Source: Planctomycetota bacterium
GTDB taxonomy: Bacteria; Planctomycetota; UBA1135; UBA2386
NCBI GenBank assembly: GCA_046290465.1
Contig: JBKAGP010000001.1
Location: 1,696,001-1,760,000, forward strand
DNA length: 64,000 nt
Reading direction: 5' to 3'
Part shown: positions 43,357-52,003 of the stretch, piece after piece
Layout: each line of letters starts with the position of its first letter
Numbering within the stretch: the stretch's first letter is position 1
The notes under the pieces: generated by a model
What the model was told of the DNA's origin: nothing
Seen by the model: the letters and a program-made list of their open reading frames with translations, nothing else
Database searches by the model: none
Program-made: the position numbers and the translations under genes

Positions 43357-43968
43357 ATGTCGCATCCACCCGATCGCGGCGGGGTTTCCCGCCGTTCGTT
43401 CCTCAAGGGTTCTGCCGTCGCCGGCATCGCCACCACCGGGCTGACTGCCGCTGCCGAAGCGGCCAAGGCCCCGCCCACGCCCGAGACGTTCGGGCAGGGC
43501 GAGCACGAGATCACGCTGCGCATCAACGGCGCCGACAAGCAGGTCAAGGTCGAGACCCGCACGACGCTGCTCGACGCGCTGCGCGACCGCATGGACCTGA
43601 CCGGCGCCAAGAAGATCTGCGACCGCGGCTCGTGCGGCGGCTGCACGGTGCTGGTCGACGATGCGCCGGTCAACAGCTGCCTGATGCTGGCGATGGACGC
43701 GGTCGGCGCCGAGGTGCGCACCGTCGAAGGCCTCGTCGACGGCGACAAGGCCCACCCGCTGGTCCACAACTTCGTGCAGTGTGACGCCCTGCAGTGCGGC
43801 TTCTGCACGCCGGGCATGGTCATGAGCTCGGTCGCCTGCCTCGAGAAGCGCGGCAAGCCGACGCCGGAGCAGATGCGCCAGGACCTGTCCGGCAACCTCT
43901 GCCGCTGCGGCACCTACGGCCGCGTGATGGAGGCCATCGACAAGACGGCCAAGGAGGGCGGCAAGTGA
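43357..43968 (+). CDS. Tat-signal [2Fe-2S] subunit of xanthine/aldehyde dehydrogenase family (PaoA-like) (203 aa)
   Basis: SRRSFLK; CDRGSCGGC, QCGFCTPG, NLCRC. Confidence 0.92.
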   Translation: MSHPPDRGGVSRRSFLKGSAVAGIATTGLTAAAEAAKAPPTPETFGQGEHEITLRINGADKQVKVETRTTLLDALRDRMDLTGAKKICDRGSCGGCTVLVDDAPVNSCLMLAMDAVGAEVRTVEGLVDGDKAHPLVHNFVQCDALQCGFCTPGMVMSSVACLEKRGKPTPEQMRQDLSGNLCRCGTYGRVMEAIDKTAKEGGK

Positions 43969-46241
43969 GCACCTCTCCCGACCACCGGACGTCCCCCGAG
44001 AACGCCCCCCGCGCCGTCGAGATCACCGGCGGCTACCGTGCGCTGCCCGGCGGCAAGGACAACCTGCGCAAGCTGCAGGTCAACCCCGAGGAAGGCGACG
44101 CCCCGCCGTGGGACGCCAACACCAGGTTCACGACGGTCGGCACCGACGTCGACCGCGTCGACGGCCTCGCCAAGGCGACCGGCCGGGCCAAGTACGCCTA
44201 CGACATCAACTTTCCGGACCTGCAGCAGGCGATGATCCTGCGCGCGTCGATCGCGCGCGGCGTGCTGAAGGGTCTCGACCTGACCGAGGCGCGCGGCATG
44301 CCCGGCATCACCGCGGTGGTGCGCCTCAAGGACGACGGCGCCAAGGTGCGCTTCGTCGGCGACGCGATCGCCGCGGTCGCCGGGCGCACGCTCGACGACG
44401 TGCGCGACGCGATCGAGAAGATCCGCGCCGACTACGAGGCCGACGAACACAACGTCGACTACCTGATGGACGAGAACGCCCCGATGCTCGACATGCAGGG
44501 GCAGATCGACGAGGAGTGGCCCGAGTCGTCCAAGATCGAGGACGCGCTGGCCGCGGCCGCCCACCAGCACGTCGCCTCCGACCGCACCGAAGTGCAGACG
44601 CACAGCTCGCTGGAGACCCACGGCAACGTCTGCAGGTGGAACGGCAACGAGCTCGAGGTCTGGGCCTCGACGCAGGCGACGTTCGGCGTGCAGAACGAGC
44701 TGTCGCGCGCGCTCAACGCCCGCGGCATCAAGGTCGAGGCGGTCGACGTGCACTCCGAGTTCGTCGGCGGTGGCTTCGGCTCGAAGTTCTCGGCCGGCAT
44801 CGAGGGACTCGCCTGCGCGCTGCTGGCGCACGAGGCCAAGAAGCCGGTCAAGCTGATGCTCGACCGCTTCGAGGAGCACACCACCGCCGGCAACCGTCCG
44901 GCGGCGCTGATGCAGGTGCGCGGCGCATTCGACCAGAACGGCGACCTCAGCGCGTGGGACTGGCGCAGCTTCGGCGGGGTCGGCTTCAACGGCTTCGGCG
45001 GCGCGGTGCGCTACCCCAACTACTACCTCGGCGACGCGGCCACCCGCAGAAAGCACCGGGACATCGCCACCGACACCGACCCGGCGCGTTCGATGCGCGC
45101 CCCCGGCTACCCGCAGGGCTGGTTCGGCGCCGAGCTGTTCCTCGACGAGCTGTGCCAGAAGGCCGGCGTCGACCCGCTGGAGTGGCGCATGAAGCACGAC
45201 GCGGAGGACATCCGCCGCGACCAGTGGCGGTTCGCGGCCGACAAGTTCGGCTGGGACAAGCTGCGCAAGCGCAAGAACGAGGCGGGCGCCCGCTACGTCA
45301 AGGGCGTCGGCTGCGCCAGCGCGCGCTGGGGCCAGCTCGGCCGCCACGGCGGCCGCCGCTTCCGCTACGGCATCACCTGCCGAATCCACGCCGACGGCCG
45401 CATCGAGACCCGCAGCGGCGCGCAGGACATCGGCACCGGCCTGAAGACCGCGATGGCGATGCTGACCGCCGAGGAGCTCGGCGTGCCGGTGTCGCGCGTC
45501 AAGGCGACGACCGGCCACACCGCCGATCCGATCGGCCCGGGCTCGGGCGGCAGCACGACCACGCCGTCGGTGGCGCCGGCCGTGCGCCACGCCGCGTTCC
45601 TGGCCAAGAACGAGCTGATCGCGCTGGTCGCCAAGCACCTCGGTGTGCCGGTCCAGGACGTCACCTGCGAAGGCGACAAGGTCGGCACCAAGGACGCGCG
45701 CATGGAGTGGACCGAGGCGTGCAAGCTGGTCGGCACCACGCCGATCGAGGTGCGCGGCGAGCGCTTCCCCAACTACCGCGACAAGCCGTTCCACGGCGGC
45801 GTCTGCGGCGCGCAGTTCGCCGAGGTCACGGTCGACACCTGGACCGGTGAGGTCCAGGTCGACCGCATGTTCGGCATCCAGGACTGCGGCCTGGTCATCG
45901 CCAGGAAGCTGGCCGAGAGCCAGGTGCTCGGCGCGATGATCCAGGGCGTCAGCTACGCCGTGCACGAGCAGCGCATCATGGACCCGCGCAGCGGCCGCAT
46001 GCTCAACGGCGACTTCCTGCGCTACAAGGTCACCGGCACCAAGGACCTGCCCGAGCTCGAGTGCCACATGCACTCGATCGCCAACGGCCACAACAACACC
46101 GGCGCGGCCGGCCTCGGCGAGCCGCCGTCGACGGCGTCCGCCGCGGCGATCGCCAACGCCGTCTTCCACGCGATCGGCGCGCCCGTTCGCCACCTCCCGA
46201 TCACCCCGGAGAAGGTCCTCGCGGCCCTCCAGTCCAAGTAA
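43965..46241 (+). CDS. Molybdopterin-binding subunit (PaoC/XdhA-like) (758 aa)
   Basis: GTG overlapping previous stop; GGGFGSK, MRAPG, QDIGTG, GGSTT, GLGEPP, LPITPEKV. Confidence 0.92.
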   Translation: MSTSPDHRTSPENAPRAVEITGGYRALPGGKDNLRKLQVNPEEGDAPPWDANTRFTTVGTDVDRVDGLAKATGRAKYAYDINFPDLQQAMILRASIARGVLKGLDLTEARGMPGITAVVRLKDDGAKVRFVGDAIAAVAGRTLDDVRDAIEKIRADYEADEHNVDYLMDENAPMLDMQGQIDEEWPESSKIEDALAAAAHQHVASDRTEVQTHSSLETHGNVCRWNGNELEVWASTQATFGVQNELSRALNARGIKVEAVDVHSEFVGGGFGSKFSAGIEGLACALLAHEAKKPVKLMLDRFEEHTTAGNRPAALMQVRGAFDQNGDLSAWDWRSFGGVGFNGFGGAVRYPNYYLGDAATRRKHRDIATDTDPARSMRAPGYPQGWFGAELFLDELCQKAGVDPLEWRMKHDAEDIRRDQWRFAADKFGWDKLRKRKNEAGARYVKGVGCASARWGQLGRHGGRRFRYGITCRIHADGRIETRSGAQDIGTGLKTAMAMLTAEELGVPVSRVKATTGHTADPIGPGSGGSTTTPSVAPAVRHAAFLAKNELIALVAKHLGVPVQDVTCEGDKVGTKDARMEWTEACKLVGTTPIEVRGERFPNYRDKPFHGGVCGAQFAEVTVDTWTGEVQVDRMFGIQDCGLVIARKLAESQVLGAMIQGVSYAVHEQRIMDPRSGRMLNGDFLRYKVTGTKDLPELECHMHSIANGHNNTGAAGLGEPPSTASAAAIANAVFHAIGAPVRHLPITPEKVLAALQSK

Positions 46242-46259
46242 CGGCACGGAGCAACCCAG

Positions 46260-47243
46260 ATGAAACCGTTCACCTACGTCGTGCCCAAGTCGCTGGACGA
46301 GGCCAAGGAAGCGGCGGCCAAGCCCGACACCATCGTCAAGGGTGCCGGCCTCGACATCGTCGACCGCATGAAGGAGCGCCTGCAGACGCCGAGCAACGTC
46401 GTCAACCTGCTGCCGCTCGCGAAGGACCTGGCCGGCGTCACCGTCGCGGCCGACGGCTCGGTCACCATCGGCGCGCTGACGACGCTGACCGATCTCGAGA
46501 ACCACGAGGCGCTGCAGGGCCGCGCGTTCGCGGCGCTGACGAAGTCGGCGTCGACGACCGGCACCCCACAGGTCCGCAACCGCGCGACCGTCGCCGGCAA
46601 CATCCTGCAGTTCACGCGCTGCTGGTACGTGCGCAGCGAGGCCTTCCACTGCCTGCACGGCGGCCGCGGCCCGACCTGCCTGGCGATGACCGGCCAGAAC
46701 CGCTACCACGCAGTGATGGGCTGGTCGGACTGCGTGCGCGTGCACCCGAGCAACCTGGCGCCGCCGCTGCTGGCGATGGGCGCCGAATACTCGACGGTGC
46801 TCGGCGACCAGGTGCGCCGCCGCAAGCTGATCGACCTGTTCCCGGAGCAACCGCGCGCGCAACTCGCCGAGCACACGCTCGAAGAAGGTGAGATCGTCAC
46901 CGCGCTGCACCTCCCCAAGCAGGCCGACGACGTGCGCACGGCCTACACCGAGAGCCGCGAGAAGCAGTCGTTCGACTGGTCGACCACCGCCTGCGCGGTG
47001 CGGCTGGTGATGGACGGCGGCAAGATCGCCGAGGCCGACCTGGTGCTCGGCGCCGTCGCGCCCAACCCGATGCCGCGGCCGCAGGCTGCGCGCATGCTGG
47101 TCGGCAAGGAGCCGTCGACCAGGCTGTTCCAACGCGTCGCCGAGATGGCCTTCCAGGGCGCGGCGCCGCTGGCCCACAACGCGTTCAAGCTGCCGATCGG
47201 CAAGAGCGTCGTCCGCGCAGCCCTCGAGGAGGCAACCCGATGA
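46260..47243 (+). CDS. FAD-binding subunit (PaoB-like, with Fe-S cysteines) (327 aa)
   Basis: GAGLD, QVRNRATVAGN, RCWY...C...C...C, HPSN. Confidence 0.9.
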   Translation: MKPFTYVVPKSLDEAKEAAAKPDTIVKGAGLDIVDRMKERLQTPSNVVNLLPLAKDLAGVTVAADGSVTIGALTTLTDLENHEALQGRAFAALTKSASTTGTPQVRNRATVAGNILQFTRCWYVRSEAFHCLHGGRGPTCLAMTGQNRYHAVMGWSDCVRVHPSNLAPPLLAMGAEYSTVLGDQVRRRKLIDLFPEQPRAQLAEHTLEEGEIVTALHLPKQADDVRTAYTESREKQSFDWSTTACAVRLVMDGGKIAEADLVLGAVAPNPMPRPQAARMLVGKEPSTRLFQRVAEMAFQGAAPLAHNAFKLPIGKSVVRAALEEATR

Positions 47244-47479
47244 GCGACCGACAGAAGACCCACGAGGACCTGATGCCGCCGCACGCGTGCCCGTCCTTGT
47301 TGATGAAGCACATCCTGACCAACTCGATGGCCGACGTCGTCTACGACGACCGCGAGCAGCCGGGCGACGGCTACTACTGGTGCGCGCGAACCTGCACCGT
47401 GGTCGGCCCTGACGACGAAATCGTCGCGCCGAAGGCGTGCTGCCCCGGCCGCAGCTGCTACGACGGCCCGCGCGGCTGA
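47240..47479 (+). CDS. Small Cys-rich protein (79 aa)
   Basis: ATGA overlap; GAGGAGG RBS; six Cys (HACP, YWCARTC, ACCPGRSCY). Confidence 0.7.
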   Translation: MSDRQKTHEDLMPPHACPSLLMKHILTNSMADVVYDDREQPGDGYYWCARTCTVVGPDDEIVAPKACCPGRSCYDGPRG

Positions 47480-47516
47480 CCGCGGGCTTGCCTTCGCGGC
47501 GCGCGCCTGCGAACGG

Positions 47517-49682
47517 CTACTCGTCGAGCAGCTTCTGCAGCCGCCGCCACTGGAACTCGCTGCTGTGCTGGCGGACCTGGCCGTTGAGGCCGTGGCGCGA
47601 GCGCGGGTAGACCATCAGCTCGACGTTCTGCCGGTTGGCCTTCTGCAGTTCCCACAGCAGCTGCATGGTGTTCTGCATGTGCACGTTGTCGTCCTTGGTG
47701 CCGTGGATCAGCACCAGGTGGCCGTGCAGGTTCTTGGCGGCCTTGACCACCGATGTCGCGTCGTAGCCCTGCTGGTTCTCCTGCGGCGTGCGCATGTAGC
47801 GCTCGGTGTAGATCGTGTCGTAGAGGCGCCAGTCGTGCACGCCGGCGCCGGCCAGGCCGAGCGCGAACTTCTTGCTGTGCGTCAGCGCGTAGGCAGACAT
47901 GAACCCGCCGTAGCTCCAGCCGCTGATCGCGACCTTGTCCGGGTTGCCGCCGAAGTGCTTGCAGACGTGGTCGACCGCGTCCTCGAGGTCCTTCAGCTCC
48001 TGCACCCCGAGCTGCCGGTAGCAGGTCCCGGTGTGTTGCTGGCCGCGGCCGGACGCCGAACGCACGTTGCACTGCAGGACGATGAAGCCCTGCTGCGCCA
48101 GGAACTGGTAGTAGGTCGAGTGCGACCAGCGGTCGCGAACCGACGGTGCGTCCGGCCCCGAGTAGGTCGGCAGGAAGATCGGGTAGCGCTTGCCCGACTG
48201 CCAGTCCGGCGGCAGCTGCACCGACGCGTCGAGCGGGTAGCCGTCGCGCGCCGGGATCGACAGGCGCTTCTTCTCGCTGAACGCGTAGTCCTTGGCCGCA
48301 CCCTTGCCGGCCCTGCCGAGTTCGCGCACCGCCTCACCGGTTTGGCCGTCGCAGACGCGCACGATCGTCGGGTGCTCCATCGACGACCAGCGGTCGAGCA
48401 CGTAGCGGCCGTCGTCACCGAGCGAGAACGAGTGCGTGCCGACGCCGGGCGTCAGGCAGACGAGCCCCGAGCCATCGAACGCGACGCGGTAGAGGTGCCG
48501 GCCGGTAGCGCCGTCCTTGGTGCCCTCGAACCACAGCAGCTTCTTCTGCTCGTCGACGCGCACGATCGAGCGCACCTGCCACTCACCGCTGGTCGGCGTC
48601 TCGATCAGCTTGCCGCCCTTCTGGTAGTGGTAGACGTGCTGGTAGCCGGTGCGCTCCGACAGCCACAAGAACGTGCCGTCCGCGAGCCAGCGCGGCGAGC
48701 TCGGCCGGTTGACCCAGGTCGGCGACTCCTCGCGGATCCAGGTGGTCGCCTCGCCGGTCTTCGGGTCGATCGCGCACAGCTCCGCCCAGGTCTGGATGCG
48801 GTCCTGGATCGTCGCCAGCAGCGTCTCGCCGTCCGGTGTCCAGTCGACGCGCACCACCAGCAGGTCCTTCGGGAACCGCGACAGGTCGCACTTCACGACC
48901 TTGCCGCTGTCCATGTGCGCAACCGACAGGCTGGCGAACGGGTTGGGGTCGCCCGCCTTCGGGTAGTTGGTGACCTCGCTGACCACCGAACGCTCCTTGT
49001 CGAGGAAGTCCTGCGGCACGTGGTCGATCACGGTGAACTCGCGCACCGGCGCCTCGTCGAGCGACAGGAACGCGCAGCGGCCGCCCTTCGGGCTCCACCA
49101 GTGCGCCTGGAAGTCGCCGCGCCCGTACAGCTCCTCCTGGTAGACCCAGTCGAGCTTGCCGTGGAACAGCTCCGGGCCGCCGTCCTCGGTGACGCGCCAG
49201 ACGTCGCCGCCGCCGACCAGGTGCAGGTCGTTGTGCTGCACGTAGCTGATGTAAGAGCCGTCGCCGCTGACGTGCACCTCCGAGATCGCGCCGCGCGCGA
49301 GGTCGACCTTGCCGCGGTTGCGGCTGTTCTTGCTCGGCGCCATCCGACGACCGCGGAACCGCCGCGCTGCCGGCCCGGCGATCTCGTCGCTCCACAGTTC
49401 GCCCTTGTACTCGAACGCGATCGTGCGCTTGCCCGCCGCCGCTGCCGGCTCGGCCTCGGACTTCACCTCCTTGCCGGTCGCCGGATCGATCCAGCGCTTG
49501 CCGATCTCGACGTAGCGGCCGCCGGCGACGAGTCGCGCGCGCGGGGCGGCGGACTCCCAGCGGATGCCCTTGCGCACGTCCTCGTAGCTGAGGCGCTTCT
49601 GCGCGAGCAACGGCGAACAGAACAGGGACGAACCGGACAGGACCACGAGCGGCACGGCCGCGACGGCGAGGAGTCGACGCAT
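47517..49682 (-). CDS. Secreted S9B dipeptidyl peptidase IV family (721 aa)
   Basis: Signal peptide; DWVYQEE, YPKAG, GWSYGG, DDNVH, His motif SRHG. Confidence 0.92.
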   Translation of the reverse strand: MRRLLAVAAVPLVVLSGSSLFCSPLLAQKRLSYEDVRKGIRWESAAPRARLVAGGRYVEIGKRWIDPATGKEVKSEAEPAAAAGKRTIAFEYKGELWSDEIAGPAARRFRGRRMAPSKNSRNRGKVDLARGAISEVHVSGDGSYISYVQHNDLHLVGGGDVWRVTEDGGPELFHGKLDWVYQEELYGRGDFQAHWWSPKGGRCAFLSLDEAPVREFTVIDHVPQDFLDKERSVVSEVTNYPKAGDPNPFASLSVAHMDSGKVVKCDLSRFPKDLLVVRVDWTPDGETLLATIQDRIQTWAELCAIDPKTGEATTWIREESPTWVNRPSSPRWLADGTFLWLSERTGYQHVYHYQKGGKLIETPTSGEWQVRSIVRVDEQKKLLWFEGTKDGATGRHLYRVAFDGSGLVCLTPGVGTHSFSLGDDGRYVLDRWSSMEHPTIVRVCDGQTGEAVRELGRAGKGAAKDYAFSEKKRLSIPARDGYPLDASVQLPPDWQSGKRYPIFLPTYSGPDAPSVRDRWSHSTYYQFLAQQGFIVLQCNVRSASGRGQQHTGTCYRQLGVQELKDLEDAVDHVCKHFGGNPDKVAISGWSYGGFMSAYALTHSKKFALGLAGAGVHDWRLYDTIYTERYMRTPQENQQGYDATSVVKAAKNLHGHLVLIHGTKDDNVHMQNTMQLLWELQKANRQNVELMVYPRSRHGLNGQVRQHSSEFQWRRLQKLLDE

Positions 49683-49789
49683 CACGGCATGCTACGGAGC
49701 GCGGCCGGCAGCGGCGGCACGACTCGGTACCATCGATGTCCTGGCGCTTCGTGTTTGCCCGCCCAGCTCGCCTCTTGCACGATGCGTGC

Positions 49790-51358
49790 ATGCGCATCCT
49801 CGCCGTCCCCTCCCCTGATTCGGCCGCCGCAGCTGGCGGTGGTTACGACGCCGTGGTCCTGGTCGGCCACGACCCGCTGGCCGTCGGACTGAAGCCGCTG
49901 CAGCAGACGCTGCAGGCGCTCGGATCGGCCGACGCGTCGGCCAACGGCGCGGTCAACCTGGTGCCGGCCGACGGCGTCGCCGGCGGCCGCCTGGTGGTCG
50001 CCCCCACCGGCCCGCTCGGCCGCGACTACGACGACGTGCGCCGCCATGCCGACGCCGCCGGCCGCGGCGTGCAGCGCGCCCGCGACGCCGGCGCCAAGAG
50101 CGTGCTGCTGCTGGTGCAGGCGCCGCCGCAGGACGACCTCTACGCCCACGCCGCGTGCATCGCCGCGCTCGGCGCGTGCGGCGGCCTGTGGCAGCCGCTC
50201 GAAGCGCGCGAGGACCTCGGCGAGAAGAACGTCGAGCCGGTGCAGAAGCTCGGCGTCGCGGTGCTCGACGGCGCGTTTTCGAAGAAGCAGGCCGACTGGG
50301 TCTCTGCGGTCGACGCCGGCGTGCGGCTGGCGCGCGACCTGTGCGGCACCAACCCCGAACGCATGGCGCCGCAGAAGTTCGCCGCCTACGTGCAGGCCGC
50401 GTGCAAGGGCAGCGGCGTCAAGGTGACGGTCGACAAGGACGGCAAGAAGCTGCTCAAGGACTACCCGCTGCTGATGGCGGTGTCGCGCGCGTCGATGGCG
50501 GTGGCCCGGCATCGGCCGTGCGTCGTGCGCATGGAGTACAAGCCGACCGGCAAGATCGAGCGCACGATCCTGATCGCCGGCAAGGGCGTCACCTACGACA
50601 CCGGCGGCGCCGACCTGAAGGTCAACGGCATCATGGCCGGCATGAGCCGCGACAAGGGCGGCGCCGCCGCTGCGGCCGGCGTCGTGCTCGCCGCCGCGAA
50701 GCTCAAGCTCAAGGGCGTGCAGGTGATCGCCGAGCTCGGACTGGTGCGCAACAGCATCGGCGCCGACGCGTTCGTCGCCGACGAGATCATCGAGAGCCAC
50801 GCCGGCTGCCGGGTGCGCATCGGCAACACCGACGCCGAGGGCCGGCTGGTGCTCGCCGACCTGCTGTCGCACCTGCGCGTGACCGGCAACAAGGCCAAGA
50901 ACCCCGAGCTGTTCTCGGTCGCGACGCTGACCGGCCACGCCGCGCGCGCGGTCGGCCCCTACAACATCGCGCTCGACAACGGCCCGGCGCACGAGCGCTT
51001 CACGTCGGAGTCGCTGAGCGAGGCCGGCGACCTCCTGGGCGACCCGTTCGAGGTCTCGCGCCTGCGCCGCGAGGACTATTCCTTCATCGCGCCGCGCACC
51101 AAGGCCGACGACGTGCTGCAGTGCAACAACGCCGCCAGCTCGGCGACCCCGCGCGGCCACCAGTTCCCGGCCGCATTCCTGGTGCTGGCCGCCGGCCTCG
51201 GCGAACACGGCATCGACAGCAAGAAGCCGATGCCGTTCACGCACATCGACATCGGCGGCAGCGGCTGCGAAGGCGGCGACTGGCAGCACGGCAAGCCGTC
51301 CGGCCGGCCGGTGGTCGCGATGCTGGCCGCGCTGTGCGGCGGCAACCCGCCGGTCTAG
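49790..51358 (+). CDS. M17 leucyl aminopeptidase family (522 aa)
   Basis: GKGVTYDTGG, MSRDKGG, NTDAEGRL, ATLTG, HIDI. Confidence 0.9.
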   Translation: MRILAVPSPDSAAAAGGGYDAVVLVGHDPLAVGLKPLQQTLQALGSADASANGAVNLVPADGVAGGRLVVAPTGPLGRDYDDVRRHADAAGRGVQRARDAGAKSVLLLVQAPPQDDLYAHAACIAALGACGGLWQPLEAREDLGEKNVEPVQKLGVAVLDGAFSKKQADWVSAVDAGVRLARDLCGTNPERMAPQKFAAYVQAACKGSGVKVTVDKDGKKLLKDYPLLMAVSRASMAVARHRPCVVRMEYKPTGKIERTILIAGKGVTYDTGGADLKVNGIMAGMSRDKGGAAAAAGVVLAAAKLKLKGVQVIAELGLVRNSIGADAFVADEIIESHAGCRVRIGNTDAEGRLVLADLLSHLRVTGNKAKNPELFSVATLTGHAARAVGPYNIALDNGPAHERFTSESLSEAGDLLGDPFEVSRLRREDYSFIAPRTKADDVLQCNNAASSATPRGHQFPAAFLVLAAGLGEHGIDSKKPMPFTHIDIGGSGCEGGDWQHGKPSGRPVVAMLAALCGGNPPV

Positions 51359-51429
51359 GCCGACGCGCAGGAAATGCGCGAACGGACTGATCCGGCGGGC
51401 ACCGCCCGCCGTTGCAGGCAGGCAATCCC

Positions 51430-51960
51430 ATGGCACAGATTGCGACGCCGGACGACGAGCAGAAGGGGGACATGACGCCGATGATCGACGTCGTCTTCCT
51501 GCTCATCGTGTTCTTCCTCTGCATCGAGTTCAAAGTGCTCGAGTCCCGCCTCGACGCGTTCCTGCCGACGGACAAGGGCTCGGCCCCGACCGTGACCCCC
51601 GTGGTCGAGCAGCTGGTCGTGCGCGTGCACGTCGCCAACGAAGGCACCGTGATGACGCCCGACGGGGCCCGCGCGGTCGACGGCCGGCCGCCGCGCCACC
51701 AGCTGGTCGGCCACCAGGTGCGGCTCGAGGTCGGGCCGGTCCCGTGCGCCGACCTCGCCTCGGGCCGCCGCGAACTCGAACGGCTGGCCGACAGCGACGC
51801 CAGCTACGTCGACGACCCGAAGACCGGCGGCAGGAAGCGCATCCCGCTGGTCGTCGAGGGCTACCCCGGCACGCGCTACGACGACATCGCGCGCACCGCC
51901 GACCTGTGCCGCGGCGCGGGCTTCGACGACATCACGTTCGGCGGCGGCGTGCGCCGCTGA
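51430..51960 (+). CDS. exbD: Orphan ExbD/TolR family protein, paralogue of 5731..6279 (176 aa)
   Basis: DMTPMIDVVFLLIVFFLCIEFKVLESRLDAFLPTDKGS nearly identical to the N-terminus of exbD2. Confidence 0.85.
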   Translation: MAQIATPDDEQKGDMTPMIDVVFLLIVFFLCIEFKVLESRLDAFLPTDKGSAPTVTPVVEQLVVRVHVANEGTVMTPDGARAVDGRPPRHQLVGHQVRLEVGPVPCADLASGRRELERLADSDASYVDDPKTGGRKRIPLVVEGYPGTRYDDIARTADLCRGAGFDDITFGGGVRR

Positions 51961-51988
51961 CCGCTGGACCGCCGCTGACCGCTGGACC
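51953..51988. repeat. 18-nt direct repeat x2 (gccgctgaccgctggacc)
   Basis: Read directly; includes the exbD stop codon. Confidence 0.75.
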
Positions 51989-52003
51989 ACCGAACCGGCC
52001 GCG

